64,000 nucleotides of DNA, taken from Xanthobacteraceae bacterium (GTDB taxonomy: Bacteria; Pseudomonadota; Alphaproteobacteria; Rhizobiales; Xanthobacteraceae). Shown piece after piece: positions 15,778 through 24,205 of this stretch (position 1 is the first letter of the stretch; each line of letters starts with the position of its first letter). The stretch spans positions 2,962 through 66,961 of the forward strand of contig JANQIP010000280.1 in the NCBI GenBank assembly GCA_028282095.1, in the 5' to 3' direction. The notes beneath the pieces are model-generated. The model was given only the letters and a program-made list of their open reading frames with translations. It was not told the DNA's origin and did no database searches. The position numbers and the translations under genes were made by a program.

Positions 15778-17417
15778 AGCCGCCCCCTCAGCTCGCGCGG
15801 CCGGATGCGCCGAACGTCGCCATAGCCGCCCATGAAATCATCGCCGGCGCTCTCGCCCAGCGCGCGCGGCGCCGCGCCGACCGGCGTGTAGCCATAGGCG
15901 ATCGCGTCGGCGTCCATCGCCGCATTGGCGAGCACCAGCGCGATGGCGAAATCGCCGTGGCGCTTCCCGCCGTCGCCCCCCGTCGTGTGCGCATCGTCCG
16001 GCACCTTCGGCACGCCGCGCACCATCCGCACCTGGCGCAGATCGTCCTTGAGGTCGGCATCGCGCGGCAGCGCGATCGTCCGGTCCTCGAAGCGCCGCTT
16101 GAGTGGCGGCACGTTCGCGAGATACCAGGGCTGCGACGGCATCACCGCTTCGATCGCCAGCGGGCCGTATTTCTGGATCGCGTATTCAGCGAGTGCCTGG
16201 CCATTGCCACGCGCGTCATGTTGGCCGGCCGAGAACCGCGGCAGCCGGTCGGCGACATAGAACAGGATGCGCTCCTGCTCCCTGAACGGCGTGTTGCGTA
16301 GCTCGATCACGAACGGCGTGCGGCGGACGAGGTCGCGCCCTTCCGCCAGCGGTGCCATCACCGACAGGTCACCGCTGCGGGCGAAGTCGTAGCCATAGGC
16401 GTGGCGCAGTCGCGTATCGAGCTGCTTCAGTGCGGGGGCGACATGGTCGCGCAGCCAATCGTCGACGAATGACGCGCGCTCGTGATCGGAGCGCAGCTCG
16501 AAACCCTCCGGGCACACGAGGCGCAGCACCGGCGCGTCTACCGCTGTCATGCAGCTCTCGATCAACGCTGACGAAAAGTAGACGCCCTCACCCTGTGCCG
16601 GGATGCAGTCCAGCTCCTCGGCGGCGCCGTCGCCGTAATAAGCCCTGATCTCGGCGCGGAACTGCGCCTCCGCCTCGGGCGACCATTCCTTGCCGCGCAC
16701 CAGGCAGATGCGTTGATAGAGTCCCTGCTCCAGCGCATCGTCGAAGGTGCAACGCACGACTTTGCCCGGCCGGCGACCCTCGCGGATTTCCTGGATCAGC
16801 GCGTTGAATGGATTGTCGACGCCGTTATGCGTCGAAATCACGAGCACCTTGCCGCCCCAGATCAGCAGCGCCATCGCTGCCTTGAGCAGCGCCTCGGCGT
16901 CATCGTGGAAAGCGAACTCGTCGATGATCACATAGCCTTGTCGCCCGCGCAGCGAGCGCGGCCGCGACGACAGCGCCACGATCTCGAAGCCGGAGGCGAA
17001 GGTGATGCGGAATGCCTGAATGGCGCGCTCGGCGCCCTTCTCGCCTTCCTCGCGGAAGAGGAATTCGTCGACTGCGCTGCTCGCCGCCGCGAACGCCCGC
17101 GCCCACATGGCGCAGCAATCGATGAACTCGCGCGCCATGTCGAGATTGTACCCGATATAGAGCACGTCCATTCCGCCGCTGCTCTTCGCGGCGCCGGCGG
17201 TGAGCACGGCGTCGGCGCCGATTCCCCAGGTCGCCCCGATGCGGCGGGACTTGTCGGTCACGACGAGCGGATGCGATGCCGTCGCGCGGAGCATCGCGCC
17301 CTGATAGGGAAGCAGCACCTCGGGCAGGCTCACCCCGCGCAGCACCGGCGGCAGCTCGGCCAGCATCTCGCGGCGGTGGCGCGCCCAGTCCTCGGCGGTG
17401 ACGAGCAGCTCGGTCAT
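15774..17417 (-). CDS. terminase large subunit (Mu gp28-like)
   Basis: 547 aa. LLPYQGAMLRA...DKSRRIGATWG (Walker A-like). C-terminal nuclease-like region. Follows the DUF3486-like small subunit. Confidence 0.9.
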   Translation of the reverse strand: MTELLVTAEDWARHRREMLAELPPVLRGVSLPEVLLPYQGAMLRATASHPLVVTDKSRRIGATWGIGADAVLTAGAAKSSGGMDVLYIGYNLDMAREFIDCCAMWARAFAAASSAVDEFLFREEGEKGAERAIQAFRITFASGFEIVALSSRPRSLRGRQGYVIIDEFAFHDDAEALLKAAMALLIWGGKVLVISTHNGVDNPFNALIQEIREGRRPGKVVRCTFDDALEQGLYQRICLVRGKEWSPEAEAQFRAEIRAYYGDGAAEELDCIPAQGEGVYFSSALIESCMTAVDAPVLRLVCPEGFELRSDHERASFVDDWLRDHVAPALKQLDTRLRHAYGYDFARSGDLSVMAPLAEGRDLVRRTPFVIELRNTPFREQERILFYVADRLPRFSAGQHDARGNGQALAEYAIQKYGPLAIEAVMPSQPWYLANVPPLKRRFEDRTIALPRDADLKDDLRQVRMVRGVPKVPDDAHTTGGDGGKRHGDFAIALVLANAAMDADAIAYGYTPVGAAPRALGESAGDDFMGGYGDVRRIRPRELRGRL

Positions 17418-18082
17418 GAGCCCTCTCCCGCCGCGCTGCGCGCGTTATCCTCGCCCGCTTGCGGCTGATCGTGAGGGGGCGCCGTCACGCCGAGAATCCT
17501 TGCCTTGATCGTCTCGACCGTCTCGGCTGACAGTCCCTTGGCTGCGGCGACGGCATCGACGGCTTTGTTCGCGCGCGCCTGGACCTCCGCCTCGATCTTC
17601 CTGCGGCCGTCCGCGCTGATGCGTTTGGCCTCCTCCGCATGTTTGAGTGCGCGGCTCGTCTGCATCAGCATCTCGGCGGTGGCGCCGTCTGCGGCGATCT
17701 CGCCGGCATTGGAGAGCATCTCATGCAGCAGCGTCTTGATCGCCTCGGAGACCAGCAGCGTCACCGAGTCATCGCCCGCGCGATCGAGCTTCGGCGCCAG
17801 CACGGCCGCGATCTCGCGCGTCTCCGTCAATCGCCGGCCGAGCACGGCGAGCCTGAACGCCGTGCGATTGAATGCCGATCGCGAAATCTGCGGCGGATCG
17901 GTGACGCCGTTTTCCCACGCCGCGGCCTTGAGCGCTTCGTTGAACTCGGCGAGGATTTCGAGTTGCGGCTTTTTGCGCTCCTTGAGCGCGGCGAAGGCGG
18001 CGAGCCGCGCTTCGTCCGCCCACTCGGGGAGCTGGTCGATCGCCGACAGTCGTCCGCGGCCGCGGTGCTCGCGCTCGGTCAT
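17414..18082 (-). CDS. terminase small subunit-like protein (Mu gp27 / DUF3486-like)
   Basis: RGRLSAIDQLPEWADEARLAAFAALKERKKPQLEILAEFNEAL pattern. ATGA overlap with the large subunit. Confidence 0.7.
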   Translation of the reverse strand: MTEREHRGRGRLSAIDQLPEWADEARLAAFAALKERKKPQLEILAEFNEALKAAAWENGVTDPPQISRSAFNRTAFRLAVLGRRLTETREIAAVLAPKLDRAGDDSVTLLVSEAIKTLLHEMLSNAGEIAADGATAEMLMQTSRALKHAEEAKRISADGRRKIEAEVQARANKAVDAVAAAKGLSAETVETIKARILGVTAPPHDQPQAGEDNARSAAGEGS

Positions 18083-18366
18083 TGCGCTACCGCGCTATCG
18101 CGGCCCCCTCCCGTCTCGCTCCGCTCGACTCCCTCCCCCGCTTGCGGGGGAGGGTTGGGGAGGGGGCGTCGTCGTTTGTCCCGTGTAAGGTCATCGGCGG
18201 CGACACGCGCAGCCGAAAGCTCCCTCACCGACTCAATCCACCGGCGGTCCGCGGCGAGATCGCCCGGCGCGTCCCGCATCGCGGCGCGTGCCTCGCGCTC
18301 GGCGTCGATCGCCGCCAGCAGCCGGCGCACAGCACTCTTCAACTCGCGCAAGCTGCTTGAGCGCAT
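18079..18366 (-). CDS. hypothetical protein with REP-derived C-terminus
   Basis: 95 aa. The C-terminal PLPNPPPQAGEGVERSETGGG is encoded by a palindromic element. Confidence 0.4.
   Translation of the reverse strand: MRSSSLRELKSAVRRLLAAIDAEREARAAMRDAPGDLAADRRWIESVRELSAARVAADDLTRDKRRRPLPNPPPQAGEGVERSETGGGRDSAVAQ
18104..18167. repeat. GC-rich palindromic unit at ORF 18079..18366 C-terminus
   Basis: ccctcccccgcttgcgggggagggttggggaggggg. Confidence 0.75.
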
Positions 18367-18367
18367 G

Positions 18368-18670
18368 TCACGCCTCCGGCCGCGACGGCGCCTTTACTCC
18401 CTCGATCAGGCGCGCGCGAGAGAGATGATCCTCGCCCTTGGTCGTCAGTGTCGCGATGCGCACATTGCCCCCGGCGTCGGCGAGCGCGATCGCGCCCATA
18501 TCCGCGAGCCATCGCAGCTCGTCATGCACCCAATCGCGCGTGCGGTTGATTCCCCACGTCTCCAACTCTGCCCGCAGCAGCTCGGAGTTCAGCATGCCGC
18601 CGTCCTGGCGCGCGAGCGCCTGCAGGATGCGCAGCCGCGCCTCCTGCACGATGATGCGCGACATGCTCAT
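18368..18670 (-). CDS. hypothetical winged-helix-like protein
   Basis: Start MSMSRIIVQEARLRILQALA at 18670 (ATGA overlap). ArsR-like wHTH pattern. Confidence 0.45.
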   Translation of the reverse strand: MSMSRIIVQEARLRILQALARQDGGMLNSELLRAELETWGINRTRDWVHDELRWLADMGAIALADAGGNVRIATLTTKGEDHLSRARLIEGVKAPSRPEA

Positions 18671-19029
18671 CGCCCGCCGCGCTCCATCATCATCTCTTGC
18701 AGACGTGCGGAGATCGCGGAGACCGGCTTGAGTTGTTCGTGGAGCACGCGAATCTCGCCGCGCATTGTCTCCATCGAAACTTCGAGCCGGTGCGTCGCCT
18801 CCTTGTCCGGGAGGTGATCGAGCGCGTCGGACACGCGCGCCAGCCTCGCTTCGTTGCTGCCGAAGCGTTTTTCCATGTCGGTGCGGATGCTCCCCATCTC
18901 CGCGTCGTGAGCTATGAGACGTTTGTAGGTCCACCAGAACGCTGCAAAGATGACGCCGGCGACCGTCGTGGCCGCCGACCACATGAACGCGGCGCCCCTC
19001 CACGACATCTCGATTCCGCTGCCGTCCAC
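18667..19029 (-). CDS. membrane-anchored coiled-coil protein (i-spanin / DUF2730-like candidate)
   Basis: N-terminal TM (AAFMWSAATTVAGVIFAAFWW) followed by a charged helical region. Directly downstream of the endolysin. Confidence 0.5.
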   Translation of the reverse strand: MDGSGIEMSWRGAAFMWSAATTVAGVIFAAFWWTYKRLIAHDAEMGSIRTDMEKRFGSNEARLARVSDALDHLPDKEATHRLEVSMETMRGEIRVLHEQLKPVSAISARLQEMMMERGGR

Positions 19030-19044
19030 GTCAGTCTCCGCTAC

Positions 19045-20943
19045 TCACGGCAGCTCAATGCCCAGCTCGGCGGCGGTTTCCGGACCGACTTCGCCGTCGA
19101 TCACGAGGCCGCGCTCACGCTGAAGCGTCGATACGGCCGCCTCAGTTCTCGCGCCGAACGCGCCATCGATATCGCCGGGCGAATAACCCGCCGCCTTCAG
19201 CGCCTCCTGGATTTCGCGCACCTTGGACTCGCGCATGTTAGGCTGTCCGCGCGCGTAGATCGTCGCGGGTGCCGCGACGTCGACAGGATCGTGGCCGTCA
19301 TATGCGATCCACGGCACCAGGCCGCCGATGTCCCAGCGGCGGCCGCTGATCCGGTCGGCAACGATGCCCTCGCGCGTGGATTTAGCCTCGACAGTGCCAC
19401 CCTGGCCGTCGGAGATGGCGATGTGGCCGATACCCGATCGGCCCGGCCTGCGCAGGACAAAGGCGCCTGGCGTGGCCGCAGCCTCTTCGACCGTCAGGGC
19501 GACGCCGCGCTTGTTCACATCCTTCCAGAACGCGCCCGTGTAAGCGTCGGCGCTGCTCATCGGCGCGCTATTGTCGACGCACCCATACAGCCGCCCCGTC
19601 AGCCGGGCGATCAGGTAGGAGACGAACTCCGCGCAGTCCATTCCTTTATCTGCGGGATAGTTCGGATGGTCTTTTGGCACGCGCGCTCCGAGCACATACC
19701 GGCCACCGATATAGGTGCGCGCCAGCGCCAGCAGCTCCTCCCCGTTGACGACATCGTCGCCGACGCTTCCGTCGCGCAATCCTCGCTCGAACAGCGCGGC
19801 CTCGTCCTCTCGACGCCGCAGCAGCCCGCCCAAGCCCCGACCCTCCCAGAGCCGCTTCATCGAGCGGATTTCGCCGGGAATCTTCTCCCACGCCCGTGCC
19901 GCCATGTGTGCCTTGATGGCGCGCATCTCCCGATAGCGATCGAGGCCGTCGGGATCATTGGTGCGGTCGAAGGAGGGGCCGCGATTGTAGGTCAGCGACA
20001 CCAACGCGCCGCGACAGTCCCCCGGTAGTTCCTCGAAATTTGGCAGCGCGCGTTCGCACATTTCATAGAAGCGCGGCACCGTGTCCTGATCAAAGACCGC
20101 GACGGCGGCCTCCCACGGTACGTCGACGCTCTGAACGCGCGGCAGTAGGGCTCGCGCCGCCTTCCCTGTGACGCCGATGCAGCGTTCCAGGGATTTGATC
20201 ATGGCGTCCGAGAGCTTGCCGCGCCAATCCGCCCACAACTGCGCTTTGTCCGACACGCCGGCGCCGACATCGTACCCGATGCCGATGGTCACGCCCGACC
20301 GCCCCCCCGGCCAGGTCGGCCGCTGGTAGTCGCGCTCGTAGACCTCACGTGACGTGACCTCATGCTTGATCAGCATGTCCCGTGCGGCGACTGAGATCAG
20401 GCGCTCAGGCTTGGGCTCGGGTTCCGACGGCTCGACCGGCGACGGCCCAACAATCGGTGTAACCGGCTCGACAGGCGGAGCGATAGGATCGACCGGCAGA
20501 TCAATCGTTGCCCCCGGCCTCGCCAACAACCCGTCCTTCATCCGACTCCCGAGTGACGAGCCGAAGAAGAACATGAGCACCATGATCGCGCCGGCGCCCT
20601 GCAGGCCGAACGCCATGAACAGTAGGGACTCGCCGCCGCCGAAGGTCTTGCCGCCCGTCGCCAGCGCGACGATCACGGCTGCGCCAGTCCCGAGGAATCC
20701 GACGATCCACAGAAAGCTGATCGCCGGCACCACCCACGGCAGCCGAGGCGGAGCTGCCGGCACGGCCGGCGCCACCGGTCTCATCTGCGCGAGCGCGAGC
20801 GTCGCCAGCGTTGCGGGATCAGCGCCCGCGGTGGACGGTGGCGACGGGACGGAGCTTGGTTGAGCCGGCGGCGCGGCTTGTGCCGCGCCGCCGCGGATCA
20901 GCAGCGTGGAGATGAGCTGCGCGAGCGGAGACATGGGGCCCAC
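19045..20943 (-). CDS. multidomain membrane-anchored endolysin (lysozyme-like + NlpC/P60-like + PG-binding domain)
   Basis: N-terminal TM segments and a Pro-rich spacer. GVTIGIGYDVG...LVSLTYNRG lysozyme-like core. DCAEFVSYL...GHIAISDG (Cys/His peptidase). C-terminal VREIQEALKAAGYSPGDIDGAFGARTEAAV (PG_binding_1-like). Confidence 0.75.
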   Translation of the reverse strand: MGPMSPLAQLISTLLIRGGAAQAAPPAQPSSVPSPPSTAGADPATLATLALAQMRPVAPAVPAAPPRLPWVVPAISFLWIVGFLGTGAAVIVALATGGKTFGGGESLLFMAFGLQGAGAIMVLMFFFGSSLGSRMKDGLLARPGATIDLPVDPIAPPVEPVTPIVGPSPVEPSEPEPKPERLISVAARDMLIKHEVTSREVYERDYQRPTWPGGRSGVTIGIGYDVGAGVSDKAQLWADWRGKLSDAMIKSLERCIGVTGKAARALLPRVQSVDVPWEAAVAVFDQDTVPRFYEMCERALPNFEELPGDCRGALVSLTYNRGPSFDRTNDPDGLDRYREMRAIKAHMAARAWEKIPGEIRSMKRLWEGRGLGGLLRRREDEAALFERGLRDGSVGDDVVNGEELLALARTYIGGRYVLGARVPKDHPNYPADKGMDCAEFVSYLIARLTGRLYGCVDNSAPMSSADAYTGAFWKDVNKRGVALTVEEAAATPGAFVLRRPGRSGIGHIAISDGQGGTVEAKSTREGIVADRISGRRWDIGGLVPWIAYDGHDPVDVAAPATIYARGQPNMRESKVREIQEALKAAGYSPGDIDGAFGARTEAAVSTLQRERGLVIDGEVGPETAAELGIELP

Positions 20944-20946
20944 CGC

Positions 20947-21159
20947 TCAGTACTTCTGCCCGACCGGCGTGTTGGTCACGAAGCGCATGAAGACCGTGAT
21001 CGCGCCAGAGATGAAGAACGCCGTGGTCGGACCGACATACGATGCCCAGTCGACATCCCCGAGATAGCCGAGCGCTGCGGGGCCAATCGCGATGCCGAGC
21101 CCGACGACAATCGTCCGCCAGCCTTTCATGGCCGACTCCTTTGGTGTGAGGAACATCAA
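20947..21159 (-). CDS. small membrane protein (holin candidate)
   Basis: 70 aa with two hydrophobic helices, immediately upstream of the endolysin. Confidence 0.5.
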   Translation of the reverse strand: MMFLTPKESAMKGWRTIVVGLGIAIGPAALGYLGDVDWASYVGPTTAFFISGAITVFMRFVTNTPVGQKY

Positions 21160-21189
21160 TCCCGAAATTACGCGCCGCGCGGAAAAGCC

Positions 21190-21214
21190 GTCATGCCCGC
21201 GGCTGCGGGCATGC
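21190..21214. repeat. GTCATGCCCGC-N4-GCGGGCATGC hairpin between Mor and the lysis genes
   Basis: Copy of 10420-10445. Confidence 0.7.
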
Positions 21215-21249
21215 GCGCACGAGACCAGATCGCTGAGATGCTGCTGGCG

Positions 21250-21618
21250 CTATTCGGCTGCGTTGTTGAACAGGTCGTATTGCTTGGACGTCGCCTGCCG
21301 CCGGTCGAGGATTCGCCACACCGCGTCCTCGGTGCATCCGCATCGGCGGGCGATCTGCGCATAGCTCATGCCGCGCGCCTGGTAGGCGAGGGCCCGCCAC
21401 GTGCGCCCGAGCGGCACCTTCAAATAGCCGCGCCCGTAAATTTCCACGAGCCGGCGGGCCGCGGCCTCGCCCACAGTGTCGATCAGCCAAGGCAGGGCCG
21501 TCATCGGCACATACACGCGGTTGCCGCCGCGCGCCTCGATCAGCGCAAACGCTGCGTCGATGCCGATCGCATCGACCAGCGGCTGCAAGTCGGGAGTGGG
21601 TGGGGGGAGTGGCGTCAT
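21250..21618 (-). CDS. mor: Mor-family transcriptional activator
   Basis: ...ALIEARGGNRVYVP...LVEIYGRGYLKVP...MSYAQIARRCGCTEDAVWRIL is the Mor/C family C-terminal HTH pattern. Confidence 0.8.
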   Translation of the reverse strand: MTPLPPPTPDLQPLVDAIGIDAAFALIEARGGNRVYVPMTALPWLIDTVGEAAARRLVEIYGRGYLKVPLGRTWRALAYQARGMSYAQIARRCGCTEDAVWRILDRRQATSKQYDLFNNAAE

Positions 21619-21881
21619 TCGTCGCCACGCGGCGCGCGCCGCGCTGGCGCGGACTGCCGCTCCGGCGCGACTGTGGTGACGACGCCACCGCGCACCTGAT
21701 AGCGCAGCCCGTCGGCGACGATGGTGTACTCCGTCGCGCCGATCGCCGCGGCGCTTTCCGCTGCGCGGTCGAGTGCGTCAGCGATTGCGCCACGCACGGC
21801 CTCGATCTCGCCGCCGGCGGCGCGATCGATGAATCTCACCAGCGCATGGTCGGAGATGCGGAGGCGGCGCTCGGCGCTCAT
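21615..21881 (-). CDS. hypothetical protein
   Basis: Start MSAERRLRISDHALVRF at 21881 (ATGA overlap with the GcrA stop). Confidence 0.4.
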   Translation of the reverse strand: MSAERRLRISDHALVRFIDRAAGGEIEAVRGAIADALDRAAESAAAIGATEYTIVADGLRYQVRGGVVTTVAPERQSAPARRAPRGDE

Positions 21882-22342
21882 TTGTAGGCGCGGCCGGCGT
21901 GATGCGCGCAATAGGGCAGGCCGTCGACCGCCTTACCGCCGCAGAAGCCGAAGTCGGCCTCGCCCGGATCGCCGATCGGCCAGCGGCACGACTCGCGCTT
22001 GAGGTCCATCAGACTGCAACGGCTCGGCGCCACATCGTCGGGCGTATCGACCGGTGGCGGCTCAGGAGCGATCGGCGCGCTGACGACCTCCCGTGTCTGC
22101 ACCGCCGCCAGCGATCGCGCCGCCGGGCGTAGTCGAGGAGCAGGCACTCGCAGCGTCGTCGTCCGCGGCCGACCTGGGGGCCGCGTTACTCTGGTCGACC
22201 GACCCGCCAGGCCGAGCCGCTGCACCTTGCCGATGACGGCGCTGCGCGTGACACCGCCCAGTTCAATGGCGATGCGACCCGCGGAATGGCCGTCCTGCCA
22301 CATGTGCTTGAGCGTCGCGATACGCTCGTCGGTCCAGCTCAT
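21878..22342 (-). CDS. gcrA: GcrA-family cell-cycle regulator homologue (phage-encoded)
   Basis: MSWTDERIATLKHMWQDGHSAGRIAIELGGVTRSAVIGKVQRLGL...CRWPIGDPGEADFGFCG...YCAHHAGRAYK shows both conserved GcrA termini. Confidence 0.85.
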   Translation of the reverse strand: MSWTDERIATLKHMWQDGHSAGRIAIELGGVTRSAVIGKVQRLGLAGRSTRVTRPPGRPRTTTLRVPAPRLRPAARSLAAVQTREVVSAPIAPEPPPVDTPDDVAPSRCSLMDLKRESCRWPIGDPGEADFGFCGGKAVDGLPYCAHHAGRAYK

Positions 22343-23001
22343 CGCCGTCTCCTTTTCTTGGGCCCGCGCCGGGGCGAAGACTGCTTCTCGCCGCGCAGCC
22401 ACTGCAGCTCGCACGTCCAGACCTCGATGATTGTGGTGCTGTCCTCGCCTTGGAGCGGGCGCTCGCGCACGCGCGCGAGGAACACGCGATGCACCTCATC
22501 CCACGGCATCGTCAGCACGCCGCCGGGAAATTCCTCGTTGCCAAGCCGGACGGTCATCGGGTTGTCTCCAACAAACGGTGGGCGGAAGAACATCGGTGCG
22601 ATGCAGCCGCGGCACGGCACGAACGGCAGGACATGCGGTTTGCGCAGCACCAGTCCGACTCGCTCGTCGATGAACCAAGGACTGTCAGACTCGGTCACGA
22701 CATCGACCAGCTCCACTGTCCCGATGATGCCGCCGCGCGCGAGTTCACCGCGCTCCGGAATGGCGATGCCGGGAGGCAGCCGCGGTGCGATGACGCCCCG
22801 TGCATTGCTGTATTCGACGCGCGTCATCCCGACGGACGCGTGGATCATGATGCGCTCGCACCGCGCCGCGAGTTCGCGCGCGCGACGGACATGGGCGCTC
22901 GTCAGCGACCAGTCGCGGTTCTCGATGTCCTTGCCGCCATGGATGCAGGCCCAGGCCCAGGGCTGCCTCACCGACAGAGCGAGCGTGACCTCCGCGCTCA
23001 T
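22339..23001 (-). CDS. ASCH domain protein
   Basis: LALSVRQPWAWACIHGGKDIENRDW is the typical ASCH N-terminal motif. Confidence 0.7.
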   Translation of the reverse strand: MSAEVTLALSVRQPWAWACIHGGKDIENRDWSLTSAHVRRARELAARCERIMIHASVGMTRVEYSNARGVIAPRLPPGIAIPERGELARGGIIGTVELVDVVTESDSPWFIDERVGLVLRKPHVLPFVPCRGCIAPMFFRPPFVGDNPMTVRLGNEEFPGGVLTMPWDEVHRVFLARVRERPLQGEDSTTIIEVWTCELQWLRGEKQSSPRRGPKKRRRR

Positions 23002-23360
23002 GCGCCGCTCCTTTCGTCGCGCCGCGCAAGCGTCAGCAGCCGGAATTCAACGCTCTTGCGCGGCCGGCCGAGCGTGCGGGCGATGGCCGTGAGACCGAGA
23101 CCGTCCAGGCGGAGCCGGCTCAGCTCGGCGTCCTCGTCGGGTGTGAAGGCGCGGACCTCCCGGCCGTGGCGCATGACCACTGGGTATCGCCGCGTCTGGA
23201 CCCGTGATGGCTTGGGCGCCTCGGCTCCAGCCTGCAGGCATCGGAAATACACAGCGCCAAACGAGACGCCGAACTCGCGAGCGATAGCGCGATACGTCAT
23301 CCCGCGCTCGCGCATCGCGACCATGGCGTCGATCTCGGCGCCACTGAGTTGGCGTCTCAT
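22998..23360 (-). CDS. HTH DNA-binding protein (two HTH-like segments)
   Basis: Start MRRQLSGAEIDAM at 23360 (ATGA overlap). RERGMTYRAIAREFGVSFGAVY and GLGLTAIARTLGRPRKSV. Confidence 0.5.
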   Translation of the reverse strand: MRRQLSGAEIDAMVAMRERGMTYRAIAREFGVSFGAVYFRCLQAGAEAPKPSRVQTRRYPVVMRHGREVRAFTPDEDAELSRLRLDGLGLTAIARTLGRPRKSVEFRLLTLARRDERSGA

Positions 23361-24205
23361 GCCGCGCCCCCATCCGCGTCGACGCGGGCGAGCGTGTTGC
23401 GCAGCTTGCGCCCGAGCGCCGACTGCACCGCGCCGTAGTCGGCGTCCTCGAAAAAGCACCAGCCATTCTTCCAGGTGATTTTGAAAGCGTAGCGGCCGAG
23501 CCCGTCGGCGAGGGTCTCGCCCTCCAGCGGCTTCACCGCGCCGAGCGAGGAAAGGCGCTGCCACTGCGCATCGATCACCGCGCGCTTAAGTGCGGTCGGA
23601 TCGGCGTCTTTGTCGGCCGGCCATCCGACGCCGCCGCGCCTGAGCCAGCTTTTCAGCGCTTCGATCGCGCTATGCGCATCCTCGGGAGCGAGAAACTTGA
23701 CATGACTGACGCCGGTCTGACGCTGCAGGAATGACAGCATCGCGCGGTCGCTGCGGTCGCGCACCAGGCCGAGATCGTAGCCGGCGATCCACAATGCGCG
23801 CAGCTTGCCGCCGACCGGCGTGTCGAGGCCGGCGACCGCTCCTTTCGCCAGCGGAAGGTCTTGCCCCCTCCCGCGTCGCTGCGCTCCGCTCCCTCCCCCG
23901 CACCGAACACGGGTGTTCCCGTGTTCGGCCCAGTTTCGAGTGGCCCAAGTCGGGAACACCCGACTTGGGCTGACGCGGGTGTTCCCGTGTTCGGCACCGT
24001 CTTGAGTCTGCCCCGCCAATTCCTTGAGCGCGTCGATGACGCGCACCGCATCGGCCGCGGTGAGCAGCTTGGTAGACCGCACACCTGCCTGCGAGTCGAG
24101 GAATGCACGATAGGCGTCGTCATCCATGCCGACGCGGTTCTGCAGCGTGCGGATCGCCGTGATCTGCTTGGCGCTCACCATCGGGACGGGCGTGGCCGCG
24201 ATCAT
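23357..24205 (-). CDS. gemA: GemA-like regulatory protein (Mu gp16 / DUF1018) with large REP-like insert
   Basis: KQITAIRTLQNRVGMDDDAYRAFL and KLRALWIAGYDLGLVRDRSDRAMLSFLQRQTGVSHVKFL are the duplicated DUF1018 pattern. The central EHGNTRV...SRVFPTWAT segment is encoded by palindromic units. Confidence 0.75.
   Translation of the reverse strand: MIAATPVPMVSAKQITAIRTLQNRVGMDDDAYRAFLDSQAGVRSTKLLTAADAVRVIDALKELAGQTQDGAEHGNTRVSPSRVFPTWATRNWAEHGNTRVRCGGGSGAQRRGRGQDLPLAKGAVAGLDTPVGGKLRALWIAGYDLGLVRDRSDRAMLSFLQRQTGVSHVKFLAPEDAHSAIEALKSWLRRGGVGWPADKDADPTALKRAVIDAQWQRLSSLGAVKPLEGETLADGLGRYAFKITWKNGWCFFEDADYGAVQSALGRKLRNTLARVDADGGAA
23863..23997. repeat. composite GC-rich palindromic cluster, intragenic (GemA)
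   Basis: Two gccgaacacgggtgttcccgtgttcggc-type units flanking gcccaagtcgggaacacccgacttgggc. Confidence 0.8.
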
